Origin: Styela clava
Taxonomy: Eukaryota
Assembly (NCBI RefSeq): GCF_964204865.1
Contig: NC_135263.1
Span: 10,912,001 to 10,976,000, forward strand
Reading direction: 5' to 3'
Length of the DNA stretch: 64,000 nucleotides
Shown here: in pieces, positions 44,112 to 61,309 of the stretch
How the letters are laid out: each line of letters begins with the position of its first letter
How positions within the stretch are numbered: position 1 is the stretch's first letter
Made by a program: the position numbers and the translations under genes
Notes under the pieces: generated by a model
What the model was told of the DNA's origin: nothing
The model's database searches: none
The model's input: the letters and a program-made list of their open reading frames with translations, nothing else

Positions 44112-45729
44112 CATGCGTAGCCAATACATTACTATTATGATAAGCTGGTAAAAATTTAAAATACTTATAATGTTTTACTTATTTTACTGAGCTCCAGGAG
44201 TGACAAGATATTGGGAAGGTTGCATGGTCAGAAGGAAATTAGTTGCATGCTGAAAAACCTCACATATTTTTAAAATGTTATCAGAATGTGTTGTCCTAAA
44301 AGACTTTAATACTGAAATAATTTGAGTGGTTCAAATGATAGTCTTTTGAGTGTATGTTTGTGAGCCCCCGTGAGTATGATATGTCTATATCTATATGTAA
44401 GTTTTACTTTCACGTGTTAATAATGGATTTTTCTGATATTTCTAGCAGTGTGTTCTGTTCGTGCAACCCTGTTAAATAATTGATGAATTCCCATTTTCGC
44501 TCCTCCTTTCTCTTTCAATGAGTAACATCGCGCGTTCGATCCATTTTTCAATAGAAGAAATTGTCAGCCAACGAAGATGTAAAAAGCAACAAAAATATTC
44601 ACAACTAGGAACTGTGACACGCTATTCATTAGGGATCTCCATCTCGTTTTAAAATAATAATAATAAGCAGTCCAGTTTGCAAAATTAGAGGTATGCATAG
44701 GTTTACTAAATAAGAGATCAGAAGGGAAACAATAAGATCGTCGTCCAAAAAATCCATTAATCGTGAACTTCCCAACCTAAACATTCTTAAAGCTCTCATG
44801 TTTTCTCTTTCATTTCGTTTACTGAGCTCACGAGATATAGAATATATATGAAAAATGTTTGAATCCTCACAAAGTCAACCATGTTTTAATCTCGTTCTTT
44901 TTGAATGAAACGAATTCAAGTCGAAAAATGTCACAATACATGAAACATAAACAACATAATATATTACACCACACCCACAGATATAATGAATGCGGTTCAA
45001 ATCTTTAGAGAAATTGCAGATATAAAATTTTTGAATCGTTGTACATGATTATGCCAAGGGTACACATTGCGGGCGCGATTCTCCGATAAGTATATGGAAG
45101 TAAAAATCGATGTAAACCTCATATAAATTGTAGCCATGTTCCCCAGAGTGCAAACCAGAGAATGTGCGCTCTTCAGTACATTTTTTGAGGTTTTACGTTA
45201 ATCCAGTGCAAGAATGAACATTCCCCTTTCTCGCTAAATTAGGTAAGTAAAGCTATACCAGACAGACCTCTCAGAACTTAACATTTTTTGTTGTATTAAT
45301 ACAAGGATTCTACCTGTTTACAAACTAACTTTATTATTTTTGCACTAATAATTCAAGATTCCAGCGATCAGATTATGAAAATAAATTGCCAAAATTTGGA
45401 CGTCAATTCAATATGATTACCACATTATTTTGGATTTTTAACCGTTAAAAATGTCGCGACTAAAATTAAGTTTTTTAATTAATAAAAGTTTTAAGTAATA
45501 TTGTGATATAATTTTAAGATTATAAGTTGAAATTCTTTTTTTTTTTTTGACAAAATAAAATTCATCCATTTGGGGAAATTTCTTCCAGCCATGAAGGCAA
45601 AGTTTCTTAAAAGCTTCTATGACGTAATAAAAGATATGGTAATTATTTCCAAACAATTAGAATATCGCATCAAAAATAAAATTCAATTAATTTTAAATAA
45701 AAATTCACTATATTGGCGAAGTGTTGACG

Positions 45730-49458
<3,729 letters not shown>

Positions 49459-49706
49459 AATACTTTCCGTTTAATCATAACTACGACCGCGTTCAAGCAC
49501 CAGAAGCAGCACGATATTTTATATCCAGTGAATTTTTATCCGGCCATTACAATTTCAATGAACATAAATTTTCAAATAAAATACAAAATGGGGTGTTACT
49601 TGTACCAGATTTACGCCGATTGGTATTGGATATGACAAATAATGTGTGTCGTAGTTATTTTGGCGAGTGAGTATTATTCGATGTTAATTGCAAGTCCACA
49701 AACGTC

Positions 49707-49816
49707 GGGCCTCCAGAAGTATGTGCACCAAGATGGTACACAACCTGAACATAGTATGTGTACCAGGTTAGGGTTTAGGCTGTGCGCCATATTATACACA
49801 TACTTCGGAAACGCCC
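49707..49816. mobile_element. About 110-bp palindromic MITE-like repeat, copy 2
   Basis: GAAGTATGTGCACCAAGATGG...CAACCTGAAC...TGTGTACCAGGTTAGGGTT...CATACTTC is homologous to 20941-21050. Confidence 0.75.
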
Positions 49817-51785
49817 AAACGTCTATGGACAATATACCAGAATAGGGTGTCAAAGATAAATGCGATTAGAACATTCACAACAAAGACATACTAAAACCTC
49901 AGTTAGGTTGGAATGTAAAACACCGGTATGGTTACCTTACTCCTGATTTAAGAGTGGGACTCGCTGTTATTTTTCAACAAAAGATCGGGCTTTGCCATTC
50001 CATATTTGCACAATCTGGCAACTCAAGCTGACCTCTGCACTTACCATGCAATGTTTATTAGGTTGTCGCCTAGAGTCGAAATCTATTAGGTTTCTTGAAA
50101 TATATCAGTATGAAAAGTAAATTTATAATTCTCAGATCAAAAATCTACAGAGACGAACGGTAATTAGTAGAGAAGTGTGGCGATAAAACTTGCCACGGGC
50201 GCATGCATCCAACTGTATCTTTAACTGCATCGACTTGTTGTTTACTTACTAAACATCAAAGTGACTATTTGCTTAAGATTGGCTAATCAATAAGATGTAA
50301 ATGTGACGTAACAATGGACATTTTAGCGGCCTCCCAGACACTTTTGTCACTCAGATAGATTTTCAAGCATGCATGGTTGTAAACATTACCTCGTATTTGC
50401 GTTGATGCACGCTATTTGTTAGTTGTGCATATCTACAAATAGCTGTGATAGACTAGGCTTACTGAAATTTTCTATCGTTGTTTTTAAATGATAGGTTGTT
50501 GAATATTGTGAATGAAATTGATCGTTTGAAACACTCGCGAAACTTCTTTTTAAATGAGCACCAAAAATGTTATGGTAAAGAATAGGTAGAATTTCCCCGA
50601 GGTCAAAGATCGTGGAAACATCCATTGTAGAGGCACGTTGGTATGTCTCGAAAAAATCTCTGGGCGTACAAGTTTAATTACGATTATGCTTTACTTCTGG
50701 AACTCGTTCTTGGCACGTTTCAGGTTTATCGTTTTAACGTTTTGAACCACGTGTTTTGATTTGCTATTGACCTTTGTACGCACACAACTTTAATGCATTC
50801 ACTCGTGCTGCTGAGAGGGCTGGTACGTTCGAATCTTGTGTAGGCGAGAGAATTGTGGGTACGCTCCTCGCGCAAGTGCTGGTCGGTTACGACCGCCACC
50901 CAAATAAAGCGACCAACCAACTTGCTTTTGCCAAGACTGATGTCGAGAACACGTGACTAGCCGAATGACAACATGTTCTTATAGGCTTTCTCTGCTGAAA
51001 CGAGTGTGAAAAAATAACCAATCCTATTTTAAAAACGGATGAGGAAGTCGTTCTGCAAACACTAGTATTTGGAGACTACAACGAAAGACGGGTGTCCTAA
51101 ATATCTGGTGTCTATATATGGACACACATTTTAGTGACATCCCCTAAAGACAACAACACATTGATTGTGCCTTTAGTTCCATTCCAATATATAAAATTCT
51201 GTGTCATTCCTGGCATAGGGATTTACATAACGTGGCACGTGACCTCAAGAGAATTTGTTTATGATAATCAAAGTACACCACAATCAGACCGCACTGTCCG
51301 CAGCTAATTGAATAATAGCATTGTTGCTTATATACTTTTTCTATGGCTGAACTATCAAATAATAGAGTCCAGGCAACCGGAACTGCTGGTTTCTATATCA
51401 ACATTGGTGAAGCAATTATAAAATGGATGCAAAATCTCTGCTCCAAGATGCTCTTTAATATCAGAAGCACAGAGGAACTCCTCATATAAAAATAGAAAAA
51501 CCCCTAGAATATCTCATTATTAAGTACAGTACATCCTCCCTAGAGTTTATGTTATGTGACCATTTTACCTGTATGAGAAAAATCTTCTCTTGTATACATC
51601 AGTACTTGGTTTCAAACTATTATTTTGTCTTTACCATCACTCATGCTGTTTTTCAATGATTGCAGTATTAAAATTCATGCAGCCTTCATATAATTTGGAC
51701 CCCAGACATTTAGAACTGGAACTGAACAATCCAGCAAGGCTGCACTTTGCTCTTAATCGATGAAATTTGTTTCATTTATTCATCA

Positions 51786-52447
<662 letters not shown>

Positions 52448-52829
52448 GACAGAAATTTACAAAGAAATTATAAAGTATATAAATATTTTATCTGGATAAA
52501 TATAAGATATCATCTTCAATGCCATTTTGTGGCATAATTTAGGACTTAAATAACTTTATTTCTACAATGGGAAACAAGCATGGCAGAAAAAGGGTTCAAT
52601 TGGACTAACTATAACACAATCAAGCATTTTTCACTGTTCGTCAAGTAAACAAAATTCAAAATAGAAAATCCAATAAAAAATTCTGCATGCAAAAAAATGA
52701 ATGTAATGTAGTTCTAAACTGATACCATACATCTTTCACAAAATTGCTATATTTGTGAGGTAGTTTTCCACTGAGAAGACCTGTCCCACCAGTACTGTAA
52801 TTTATGAAATATCCAACATGCAGAATACT

Positions 52830-53846
52830 TTAATCGCTTTTTGCAAAATAATCTTCTTCTTTAGTTAATCCAGTCATTTGTTCACATACTTTCCAAAGTT
52901 TCAGACCAGTTTCTGAATCTGTTGCAACTGCTTTTAATTGTCTCATCCTCATATTTGAGAAATACCCTCCACTTTTTTCCTTGAGTCCTTTTTGAAGGCA
53001 ACAGTACAAAATGGTTTGGCAGCCATAAAAAAGTGGACGCATGAAGCAAGCTTTTAGTATCAAGTGGCCAACCTTCATCAAGGTATTATGGATTGCTCCT
53101 GTACCAAGTTCACTGGCAATCACACCAGGATGAAGAGCATAGGTTGATATAGAACTGTTTTCTGGATCCTCGGATCTCAGTCTTTTATTCAGTTCTGTTG
53201 TAAAATATACATTCATCAATTTTGTATTTGAATATTGTTGAATTATCTGCTGATAAGGGCTTTCCTTGGTAAGTCCTAAATTTATATTACCAAAGTCAAT
53301 TTTTCCAATTGTATATAAATCAGCACTGACATTTACTATTCGAACATGTTGGGAATCTGATGAACTTTTCAAAAGTGGAATTAAAAGATTAGTTAAAAGA
53401 AAAGGTCCGAGTTGATTTGTTGCTAAAATAATATCATTCCCATCATTTGTCATTCCAGGAACAGCAACACCTGCATTGTTTATTAAAATGTCCAGCCTAG
53501 GTTCTGTATCAATGAAATTCCTCACAAATCTTCTTACATCCGCAAAATCTGATAAATCCAGCTTCATGTAGTGCACCATATCGTTTCCACTCTGGCTCTT
53601 GATATCAAAAATAGCTTCTGACGCACGCTGTTCATTTCTACTGGCGATAATTACCCGTGCCTTGCGTTTTGCAAGTTGTAGAGCTGTCTCTTTTCCTATT
53701 CCATAACTTCCACCGGTAATAAGGACAGTTTTTCCGTCAATTTCCAAATCATTCTTGAATACGGGTCCTGTTTTGACAAACTTCATCCACGCATAAGTTA
53801 TGATAATGAGTAAACAACTCAGCGCTACCAATAGACCACCATCCAT
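52830..53846 (-). CDS. Intronless short-chain dehydrogenase/reductase, retinol dehydrogenase 11-14-like (338 aa; ORF extends to an ATG at 53885 inside the Academ TIR)
   Basis: N-terminal hydrophobic anchor, TGGSYGIG cofactor motif, LDILINNAG, NQLGPFLLTNLL, catalytic YSNTK, LHPGVI, SGGYFS. Confidence 0.92.
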   Translation of the reverse strand: MDGGLLVALSCLLIIITYAWMKFVKTGPVFKNDLEIDGKTVLITGGSYGIGKETALQLAKRKARVIIASRNEQRASEAIFDIKSQSGNDMVHYMKLDLSDFADVRRFVRNFIDTEPRLDILINNAGVAVPGMTNDGNDIILATNQLGPFLLTNLLIPLLKSSSDSQHVRIVNVSADLYTIGKIDFGNINLGLTKESPYQQIIQQYSNTKLMNVYFTTELNKRLRSEDPENSSISTYALHPGVIASELGTGAIHNTLMKVGHLILKACFMRPLFYGCQTILYCCLQKGLKEKSGGYFSNMRMRQLKAVATDSETGLKLWKVCEQMTGLTKEEDYFAKSD

Positions 53847-54512
53847 TGCATTCGGGAATCCATATAGGCCGCGAGCCGAGGCCATTTATCTTTCAGTTTC
53901 GTAGCGCACATCAGGTAACTACCTGAAAATGATTTTAAAATGTTCCTTAGAAATTTAGTAACAAATATTGCCTTGTTCCCACTTCCAAAAGTTGCACGTT
54001 TTACAGAAAAGACGCTTTTACTACAATAAATATGTGTTACCATCTGTCCTATTTTCTCTGCTTTTCCGGTATCATGGGCCAATGAACGCAGACTTCTGCA
54101 CGACGTAACAGTCAAGTTAGTCAGCTGTAGGTGGATCCCCAGTGGTCGGATGAATATCAGATGTACTCAACTGCTCGCTTTTGCGTTGAGTAGCCTTTCC
54201 ATAGTTTTTTTCAGTTACCGGTAATATTAGTCCAGTTATTCTAAGGAGGTGTTGAAAAGTATAGGTAAGATATTAAACACTTGTATATCCTTGCCATAAA
54301 TAGCAATTTTAGTTGAGCACTAGCTCATAAGACGTTGTTAAATAGGTACCGTACGGTGCGGTAACTCCAAGGAAGGCTAGACCTAGAATAATATGTCACA
54401 AACAACGATATTTTCTGGCTTGCATGAAATGTTTATGATTAATTTAATGACTCTTCTTGACTATTCAGCAGACTTATACTACTATATAGGCCACAGCATA
54501 TTTGGAAATAGA

Positions 54513-55610
54513 AATGAATGGCTGTTTCTGTAATGCACGGTTGTGTGAAAGAGAAGAAATTAATCAATTTTACTAATGTCGGTTGGTCTAAATCTAAATT
54601 CATAGAGTCGACAAGAACCTGGGAAGCAATGATAAGTTATGCCGGAGTGGAAAGAAAGGTAGCATTGGAAATGATTGAGAGGTGAGAAATGAAGTTGTAG
54701 ACAAACAGTTGATGTTTCAAAATATAGTCTATAGTCCATACTCATACTGTCATAGGACATTTCAGACTGTGATATATCAAAATTTAGTGTAGATATAGTC
54801 TAGTAATGGTATGCAAACACTGCTGGACTGTAGAACATGCAATGAGCATATATACGCTCATTTAGTACATCAGATAAAATGCATTATGTATTCAAGGTAT
54901 TAGTTAGTATTTAGGGGTATTTTTAAAATCATGCTGCTCCAAATATTATTTTCTTCCTTATTTTAGATACTGTACTACAAAAGAAAACGGCAATGTTCCA
55001 CCAATCCGACCTAACGCAGGCTCTGATCCCTGCTGCTATCAGTGCTATAAAATGGATTAAACAAGAAGTCTTGAAGCTTAAAGGTATATGAGAATCATAA
55101 TAGTTGCAAACAGCTTAGATGGGCTATTCATATTGAAATACTTTAGCACTTTTCTGCAATTGGAACTGCCCATCAAATTCATGTTGGAGACTTCATTGAG
55201 ATTTTCAATTCATTTTTTTCCCTCGACTATGAAGATCTTTTGAGGTTAACGAGGTATTAATAAATAAAGCTGAGGAATTTGAAGAGGATATGAAGAATGT
55301 AAATGATACCAGGGCACGTCTATTTAACACTGTCAAACATAAGGATTATACTCTCCACCCAACAATGATTCACTGAAGAAGCATGTGGCCCTCAAATCAG
55401 TTCTTGAGTTGGCAAACTGCAAAGAAAAATAGTCAAAATAATTTATGAAAGTGTGGCAAAATCAACTTAAATTGCACAGATTTTTGTTTTTGTATTGACT
55501 GCAGAAATCACAGTACACCTATAGAGGAAAAGTCGAATTTTGAGATAGTGGATTTCGAAAACAATTCAGAAGAAAGTGAATTAGATATTACAGTTGATTT
55601 AATAAGTATC
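54513..55610 (+). pseudogene. Remnants of an Academ transposase (N-terminal part, XPG-like C-terminal part, Cys8/CXC finger)
   Basis: Frameshifted, stop-containing fragments: KLINFTNVGWSK..., PNAGSDPCCYQCY, VNDTRARLF...PPNNDSLKKHV, SVLELANCK, and KCGKINLNCTDFCFCIDCRN followed by an acidic tail. Most of the central region is deleted. Confidence 0.65.
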
Positions 55611-56588
55611 ATACATTTGTTTTTTTTTTCGGACATTTGTTAGTGTCGTAGTCCTGTTTCTAGAAATATTATTGCCTTTGTTCAAATACATAACCACATA
55701 AACTAAAAAAAGATTAATTGTAAATTGTAATATTTCTGTTCACTATGTTATGTACATATTGTACATTCATTTAATTTTCTTGACTTTTGCGGTAAATTTC
55801 TAAGTGAGAAATAACTGATTTATTTGTGTTTTCGTGCTCACGATGTTAATTTGTGACTTCATTGCTTAAAAATAAATACGTTTGATACTTGATAGCTTCT
55901 ATAAAATGGATGTAGCTTTTTATGCTGTTCTTGTTGTAAACTGCTTGTGGTTATTACATAAAATTTATTCTCAAATGTGAATCAGCGTTGTTGGTGTCGC
56001 TGCTTTCGAGGTCACTCCCGACTCCTGTCACACAATTAAAGTATTTTTTGTTGTTGGTTACATGTATGCCATATTTTTCGTAATCTACCTAATAAATTAT
56101 GATTGACTGAGGAAGTCCGATTTTGGTCAGGCAAAACATTACAGGAATACATTTGTGTTAGTGTGCTGTAGGGCTCTCGAATTGTATAGTTCTTATGTAT
56201 GCGTTGTAAACTTATGGTTATTGAATTTCCGGGAACCTCTTATATTCAATTTCGCACCAGGATTGTGGAACAAGCTGTAATGCGTTCATTATGTTCGTTT
56301 TCACACAAAACTGAAGAATTTATTTAGTTACCAGATGTGCGCTACGAAACTCATTTTCTGGGCGTTTTCATGGTTTCGTCTCACGGCCCATATCCGTGGT
56401 AAGGATCTACAAGTGTTTAATAATTTACTTATACATTTTTCAACAACGTCTTAGCATAACTTAACTAATAATAACTAAACAGGGCTATGGAAAGCCTGCC
56501 CAACTCAGCGCAAGGTCGAGCAGAAATAACTAATATTCATCCGCTCGCTAACAGCTGGTTTAATTCAATTGTTACGTCATGCAGAAGT

Positions 56589-57402
56589 TGTAGAGTTAAG
56601 AGGTTCTACAGGTCCTATTTCTGATTATTGGGCTGTCTTGTCAATCTACTTCCGTAGCTAACTCTCGACACAGTAGTAACGCACACATAAACACATCCAA
56701 CTTGTATGAAAGAACTTGTAATGAAAGTATATTTACAGTATATACAAGTCACAGTCCAGTAAAATTCCACAATCAGGTTAAAAGTTCCACAGTAGATAGA
56801 TAAATTTCCACAGCAAGTATAACGGCAGTGTAACACAGTGAATGTCAAAACTTGATGTCTGTATGTAAATGTATTGTATGTGTATTGTATGATGTGTTGT
56901 ATGATGTGGTTACAATATATTTGTGTCTCCAGCCCAACAACAGTACTTAAATTTAGCTACAAGACACAAAAACAATAAAAGAGTATAATTAGCCTTCGAC
57001 ATACAACTCAATTAGAACCTATATTACTAAATAACCCTAAACATCCTAACAATCCTAAATTAGCATAATCAAAACCCTACAATTTGCAACTCAATGCCGC
57101 AAAGTAATCGCAGCTACTAACAAAGAAATTCATGTGACCAGGCCTCATTGCACTGTCTCCCACACTAATAAATAGGACATTTAGTATAATACAATAAGAA
57201 AAACAAGGGCATGAATACAAATCAGCTGATATAAGAGAGTATTGCACCATCATTGCCAAGACTTCAAACTTTCTCTCGGTCAGTGACGCTTAATATAAAT
57301 AAACAAATAAATAAACGAGAGCAAGTCTGAACATGTTTATCGGGACCAGAATAACTAAAACTAATAGGTTAGTTCACGAAAGTTAAATTTCTGCCTGTAA
57401 CA
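56589..57402 (-). repeat. 3' LTR of the BEL/Pao element
   Basis: Direct repeat of 61310-62123; no difference found by eye and the small ORFs inside translate identically. Confidence 0.97.
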
Positions 57403-57540
57403 TTCCGGCCTCTAAGTAACTCTGGGAAAACAGAGTTAATTATAAATAATTCAAATTACAGGCAACAGGAAATTTCAACTTCAATATTAAACATAATAAA
57501 ACATGAAATGTTCACTAGTAATTAAAATTATTAAACAGCT

Positions 57541-60500
57541 TCAAGATGACACTGTAAATAGGTAACTGCATTGTACAATCACCATATTTGGAGCCCTTGA
57601 ACCATCTTGGCATAGAAACTCTTTTTCAGGAAGTTGAACCATCCACTTTTTCCATAAATCAATAGCTTTATCAGGTAACTGTTGATCCCAGGTAAAATTC
57701 TCTGCACATAATTGTTGAAGTAATCTCTTCATAGGTAACAAAAAAGGACCCAAAATACCAAGAGGATCAAAAATCTGTGCTTGCATCGCTAACAATCCAC
57801 GTCTTGTATATGGTTTTTGCTCAATATTGACTTCGAAACGAAATGCATCAGTAGATACATCCCACAGTAAACCCAATGCCTTCTGTGACATATTTTCTTC
57901 AAAATTAAAACTTATTGTAGTAGGTGATCTATCTGCTTCAGAGATAGTTTCCAAAACTTCAGGTTGAGAACTCAAAAACTTAGTAAGATGAAATCCCGAA
58001 CCATCAAGAAGACAGGACAAATCCTTTATACGATGAACTGCATCTTCCACGGTTGGCTCTGACCGAAGCAAATCATCGACGTAAAAATTTTCATTAATTG
58101 CACTTAAAGTTTCCTTGTCCATGTGATCTCGATTGTCGACAGCAACTTTCCTCAGGGCATAACAGCATACACTAGGAGCCCAAGAGCCACCAAAAATGTG
58201 AACATTCCAACGATACTCTGCAACTGGTTGATTGTAATCTCCATCTTGCCACCAAAGGAACCGCAGAGAATCTCTGTCTTCCGGTGCAACCAAAACTTGA
58301 TGATACATTGCAGAAATATCACCAATGATCAGAACTTTCTCTTCGCGACATCTTGTAAGGACACCAAACAAACTACTTGTTTCCGGTGGTCCGCTTAAAA
58401 CATTGTCATTCAATGATATATCGTTACACTTGGCAGACGCGTCAAAAACAATTCGAAATTTTCCTCCAACCCCATGGTGAGGAATATACCATGTATTTTT
58501 CTTGTGTATCAAATCTTGGTCTTCAATTTTACTAGCATATCCTTTAGAGATGTATTCATCCATCTTGGCTTTATATTTTTCATAATATCCAGAATCTTTG
58601 ACACAACGTCTCTGTAAATTCTCAAATCTTCTTTCAGCAACTTGCTTATTATCAGGCAACTCGATATCAGATGACCTCCATGGAATCTTGACTTGATATC
58701 TTCCATTCACTTTACAAATTGAATCATTCATGATCTTTAAAGCCTGTTTGTCTTCAATAGATGGTAAAGTGTCAAATCCACTGACATTAGAATCCTTTAA
58801 TTCATTCCGAAAAGCTTGCTCCATCTGAACATGCAATTCTTCATTATCCAAATGAATCCAATCAAGATGTTTTACACTTGGTTGATGAAATTTACCATCC
58901 GGCCCGAATAATGCCCATCCAAGACCAGTATGTACAGCAAATGGCTCTGAATTACTCCCACGTCGCATTCCATAACACGCATGAGCTTCAGGCACATCTA
59001 CACCAATCAGGACTTCAACTTTTGCATTCTTTGCATTTGGAAAATTGATATCTTTCAAGTATTCGTATTTCGCCATCGCACTATTAGACGGTATGTTGCA
59101 TTCCAAATCCGAGGGAAGATCGTCCAACACTCGAACTCCATGCATCTGAATAATCCTAGTTTCATTGAGTCCTTGAATATTCAGTGACACTTCAGGACTT
59201 GATTTATGTTCAATTTTTCCACCCAACGTCTTAATTACGAGTGGGTCGCTGTTGCCATGTAAACCAAGTTTCTTCATAAGCTCAGTTTTTATAATGCTAA
59301 CATTACTGCCATCATCAATGAATCCATATGTGTCGTATGATTGATTATCGGTTCCCCATACTCGCACAGGAACCACCTTTCTTCTTATAAAGGTGGCAGG
59401 TTTAACTTCAGTAGCACACAACTGAGTCGAAGTTACACCGGCCTCATTGGCGGTCGTAGCTCCGGCCTCATTAGACCTCACATCTTGAGGTGATTGCACA
59501 TCTGTACTACCATTTGGTTTCACTGAATCAGGCTTCTTATTAACGTGCAACAGTGTGTGATGTCTTCTATTGCAACCTGGTGCTCTACAATGATAATTTG
59601 ACTTGCACTGGCTTGCAAAATGATCTGGAAGCAAACAATTGAAACACAACTTGTTCCTGGAAACAATCTCGAACATCTCTTTGGCTTTCCTTTTCTTAAA
59701 TTCTTCACACCTCCACAACTGATGATCAGATTTGCACACAACGCACTCTCGTAGTGGTTTTCTCAACGTGGCATTACTCAACTTAGGATCAGCTGTGGGT
59801 GCTTTAGAAGATGACTCTTCAGAAATAAGAAATGATGACACACTGCGGTTGCCCCGCTGACTCGGACTGTCAACATATTTCTTTCCTTTATGTGTCTCAA
59901 GTGCAAGCTTACCAAATCCAGATCTATTCACATTTGAAACTGTCTCCATAAATGTAAGAAGAGTATCAAAATTGACAATATCTCCATTGGTGTACTTCTC
60001 ATTAGCAATGTGAGCAAATTTCCATAAATGTTGTATTGGAAATCTCTTTACAATCTTTCTTAATGTAGTTAAATCATCCAAACTACATCTGGCATCATAT
60101 TCCTTGAATACAATGAGGCAATTCCGTGCCTGGGTGACCAATTCATCCCATGCATTAACATCATTTGCCTTTATTGAGGGACCTTCAGTAAGTAATTGCA
60201 TATGTGCATCAATTATGAGATGCCTCTGACCATAATTTCGATGCAAAATACTTCGTGCCAGTTCATAACCTCTTTCTGCAGGTAAAGAACCACATGACAA
60301 TATTGCTTCTTTAGCAGAACCTTCACAATTGGAAATCAAACAATTCAATTTCTGAGCAACATCCAATTGACTCGAACCAATAAAAGTATTGAACTCTCGA
60401 ACAAACTCTGTATATTTAAGAATTTCTCCTTTAAATGTTGTCATCTTAATATGAGGGAACATCAAACCTTGCTTAATGATATTTGCTACATTCAGCATTC

Positions 60501-61254
60501 CTCCCTGTAAAGCTTGCGTCAGCTGCGCCATCGCATGAACAGTGTGATCCGGCATACCATATTCCATCTTAGCATGGCTTCTTATAGTACCCGGTGACTC
60601 AATCTTAATTTCATGGGCTGCTGACCTGTTTACAGGTTCAACATTCGGCACTTCAGTGGGAATCAAGCGAATGAGATGCTGATTTGTACTGGCATCAAAT
60701 CTATGATCATGCATAATATCACTCACCAAATTCTTCGCAGGTGATGGAATTTGATTCTCATTTGATATGAATGGAACGTTCGGATCCAACATACATCCTT
60801 TGTCATCCTTTGCCATAGGAGTAAAAATTTGCCGCAAGATTCTATTTGCTTTCTCTGGATCAAAGTCCGACACATTTGATGGTTTCATAGGAGGCGGAAG
60901 TGACGTATCAGCCACATCATCTTGACTTAATAACTTCAAATGATCAGTAATCGGAGTTGACTTGACAACTTTCTCAGAACTAGATTGAGCCTCAAATCCA
61001 TAAAATGTTGACCCGTCAACAACTGAACCTTGTCTTGAATGGCTAGCACTTGACAGCATATCATACTCAATTTGAGCTTCTTCAGCATCTGCTTCGGCTG
61101 CTAAAGTTTGAGAATCTAATTCAAGTTGCTTACGTTTCAACTCAGCTTGCTTCAGAATTTGTTGCTTTCTCAGATTTGCAAGTCGCAATCTCTTCTCTGC
61201 CTTTGCTCTTTCAGACATACATGACTTAGTAGTTGATCCAGAAACAGTTGACAT
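57541..61254 (-). CDS. BEL/Pao Gag-protease-reverse transcriptase polyprotein, truncated before RNase H and integrase
   Basis: Triple Cys-His knuckles CVVCKSDHQLWRC, CFNCLLPDHFASQC, CRAPGCNRRHHTLLH; protease FIDDGSNVS; RT motifs WYIPHH, RIVFDASA, GDISAMYHQV, FYVDD; Pao tether IFDPLG...WDQQLP. First ATG at 61254. Confidence 0.93.
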   Translation of the reverse strand: MSTVSGSTTKSCMSERAKAEKRLRLANLRKQQILKQAELKRKQLELDSQTLAAEADAEEAQIEYDMLSSASHSRQGSVVDGSTFYGFEAQSSSEKVVKSTPITDHLKLLSQDDVADTSLPPPMKPSNVSDFDPEKANRILRQIFTPMAKDDKGCMLDPNVPFISNENQIPSPAKNLVSDIMHDHRFDASTNQHLIRLIPTEVPNVEPVNRSAAHEIKIESPGTIRSHAKMEYGMPDHTVHAMAQLTQALQGGMLNVANIIKQGLMFPHIKMTTFKGEILKYTEFVREFNTFIGSSQLDVAQKLNCLISNCEGSAKEAILSCGSLPAERGYELARSILHRNYGQRHLIIDAHMQLLTEGPSIKANDVNAWDELVTQARNCLIVFKEYDARCSLDDLTTLRKIVKRFPIQHLWKFAHIANEKYTNGDIVNFDTLLTFMETVSNVNRSGFGKLALETHKGKKYVDSPSQRGNRSVSSFLISEESSSKAPTADPKLSNATLRKPLRECVVCKSDHQLWRCEEFKKRKAKEMFEIVSRNKLCFNCLLPDHFASQCKSNYHCRAPGCNRRHHTLLHVNKKPDSVKPNGSTDVQSPQDVRSNEAGATTANEAGVTSTQLCATEVKPATFIRRKVVPVRVWGTDNQSYDTYGFIDDGSNVSIIKTELMKKLGLHGNSDPLVIKTLGGKIEHKSSPEVSLNIQGLNETRIIQMHGVRVLDDLPSDLECNIPSNSAMAKYEYLKDINFPNAKNAKVEVLIGVDVPEAHACYGMRRGSNSEPFAVHTGLGWALFGPDGKFHQPSVKHLDWIHLDNEELHVQMEQAFRNELKDSNVSGFDTLPSIEDKQALKIMNDSICKVNGRYQVKIPWRSSDIELPDNKQVAERRFENLQRRCVKDSGYYEKYKAKMDEYISKGYASKIEDQDLIHKKNTWYIPHHGVGGKFRIVFDASAKCNDISLNDNVLSGPPETSSLFGVLTRCREEKVLIIGDISAMYHQVLVAPEDRDSLRFLWWQDGDYNQPVAEYRWNVHIFGGSWAPSVCCYALRKVAVDNRDHMDKETLSAINENFYVDDLLRSEPTVEDAVHRIKDLSCLLDGSGFHLTKFLSSQPEVLETISEADRSPTTISFNFEENMSQKALGLLWDVSTDAFRFEVNIEQKPYTRRGLLAMQAQIFDPLGILGPFLLPMKRLLQQLCAENFTWDQQLPDKAIDLWKKWMVQLPEKEFLCQDGSRAPNMVIVQCSYLFTVSS

Positions 61255-61309
61255 CTTCACTTGACTTTAAACTTTCAAGACAACAGTCGAGACATATATT
61301 GTAACTTAA

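Noticed and set aside
50700-51000. GC-richer segment with a B-box-like GTTCGAATC, considered as a tRNA or ncRNA
   Set aside because: No cloverleaf; loosely resembles the SINE at 17950-18195, so more likely a decayed repeat.
56615-57259. Duplicated 77-aa and 60-aa ORFs (also 61336-61980)
   Set aside because: They lie inside the LTRs and begin at non-ATG codons; the duplication only reflects LTR identity.
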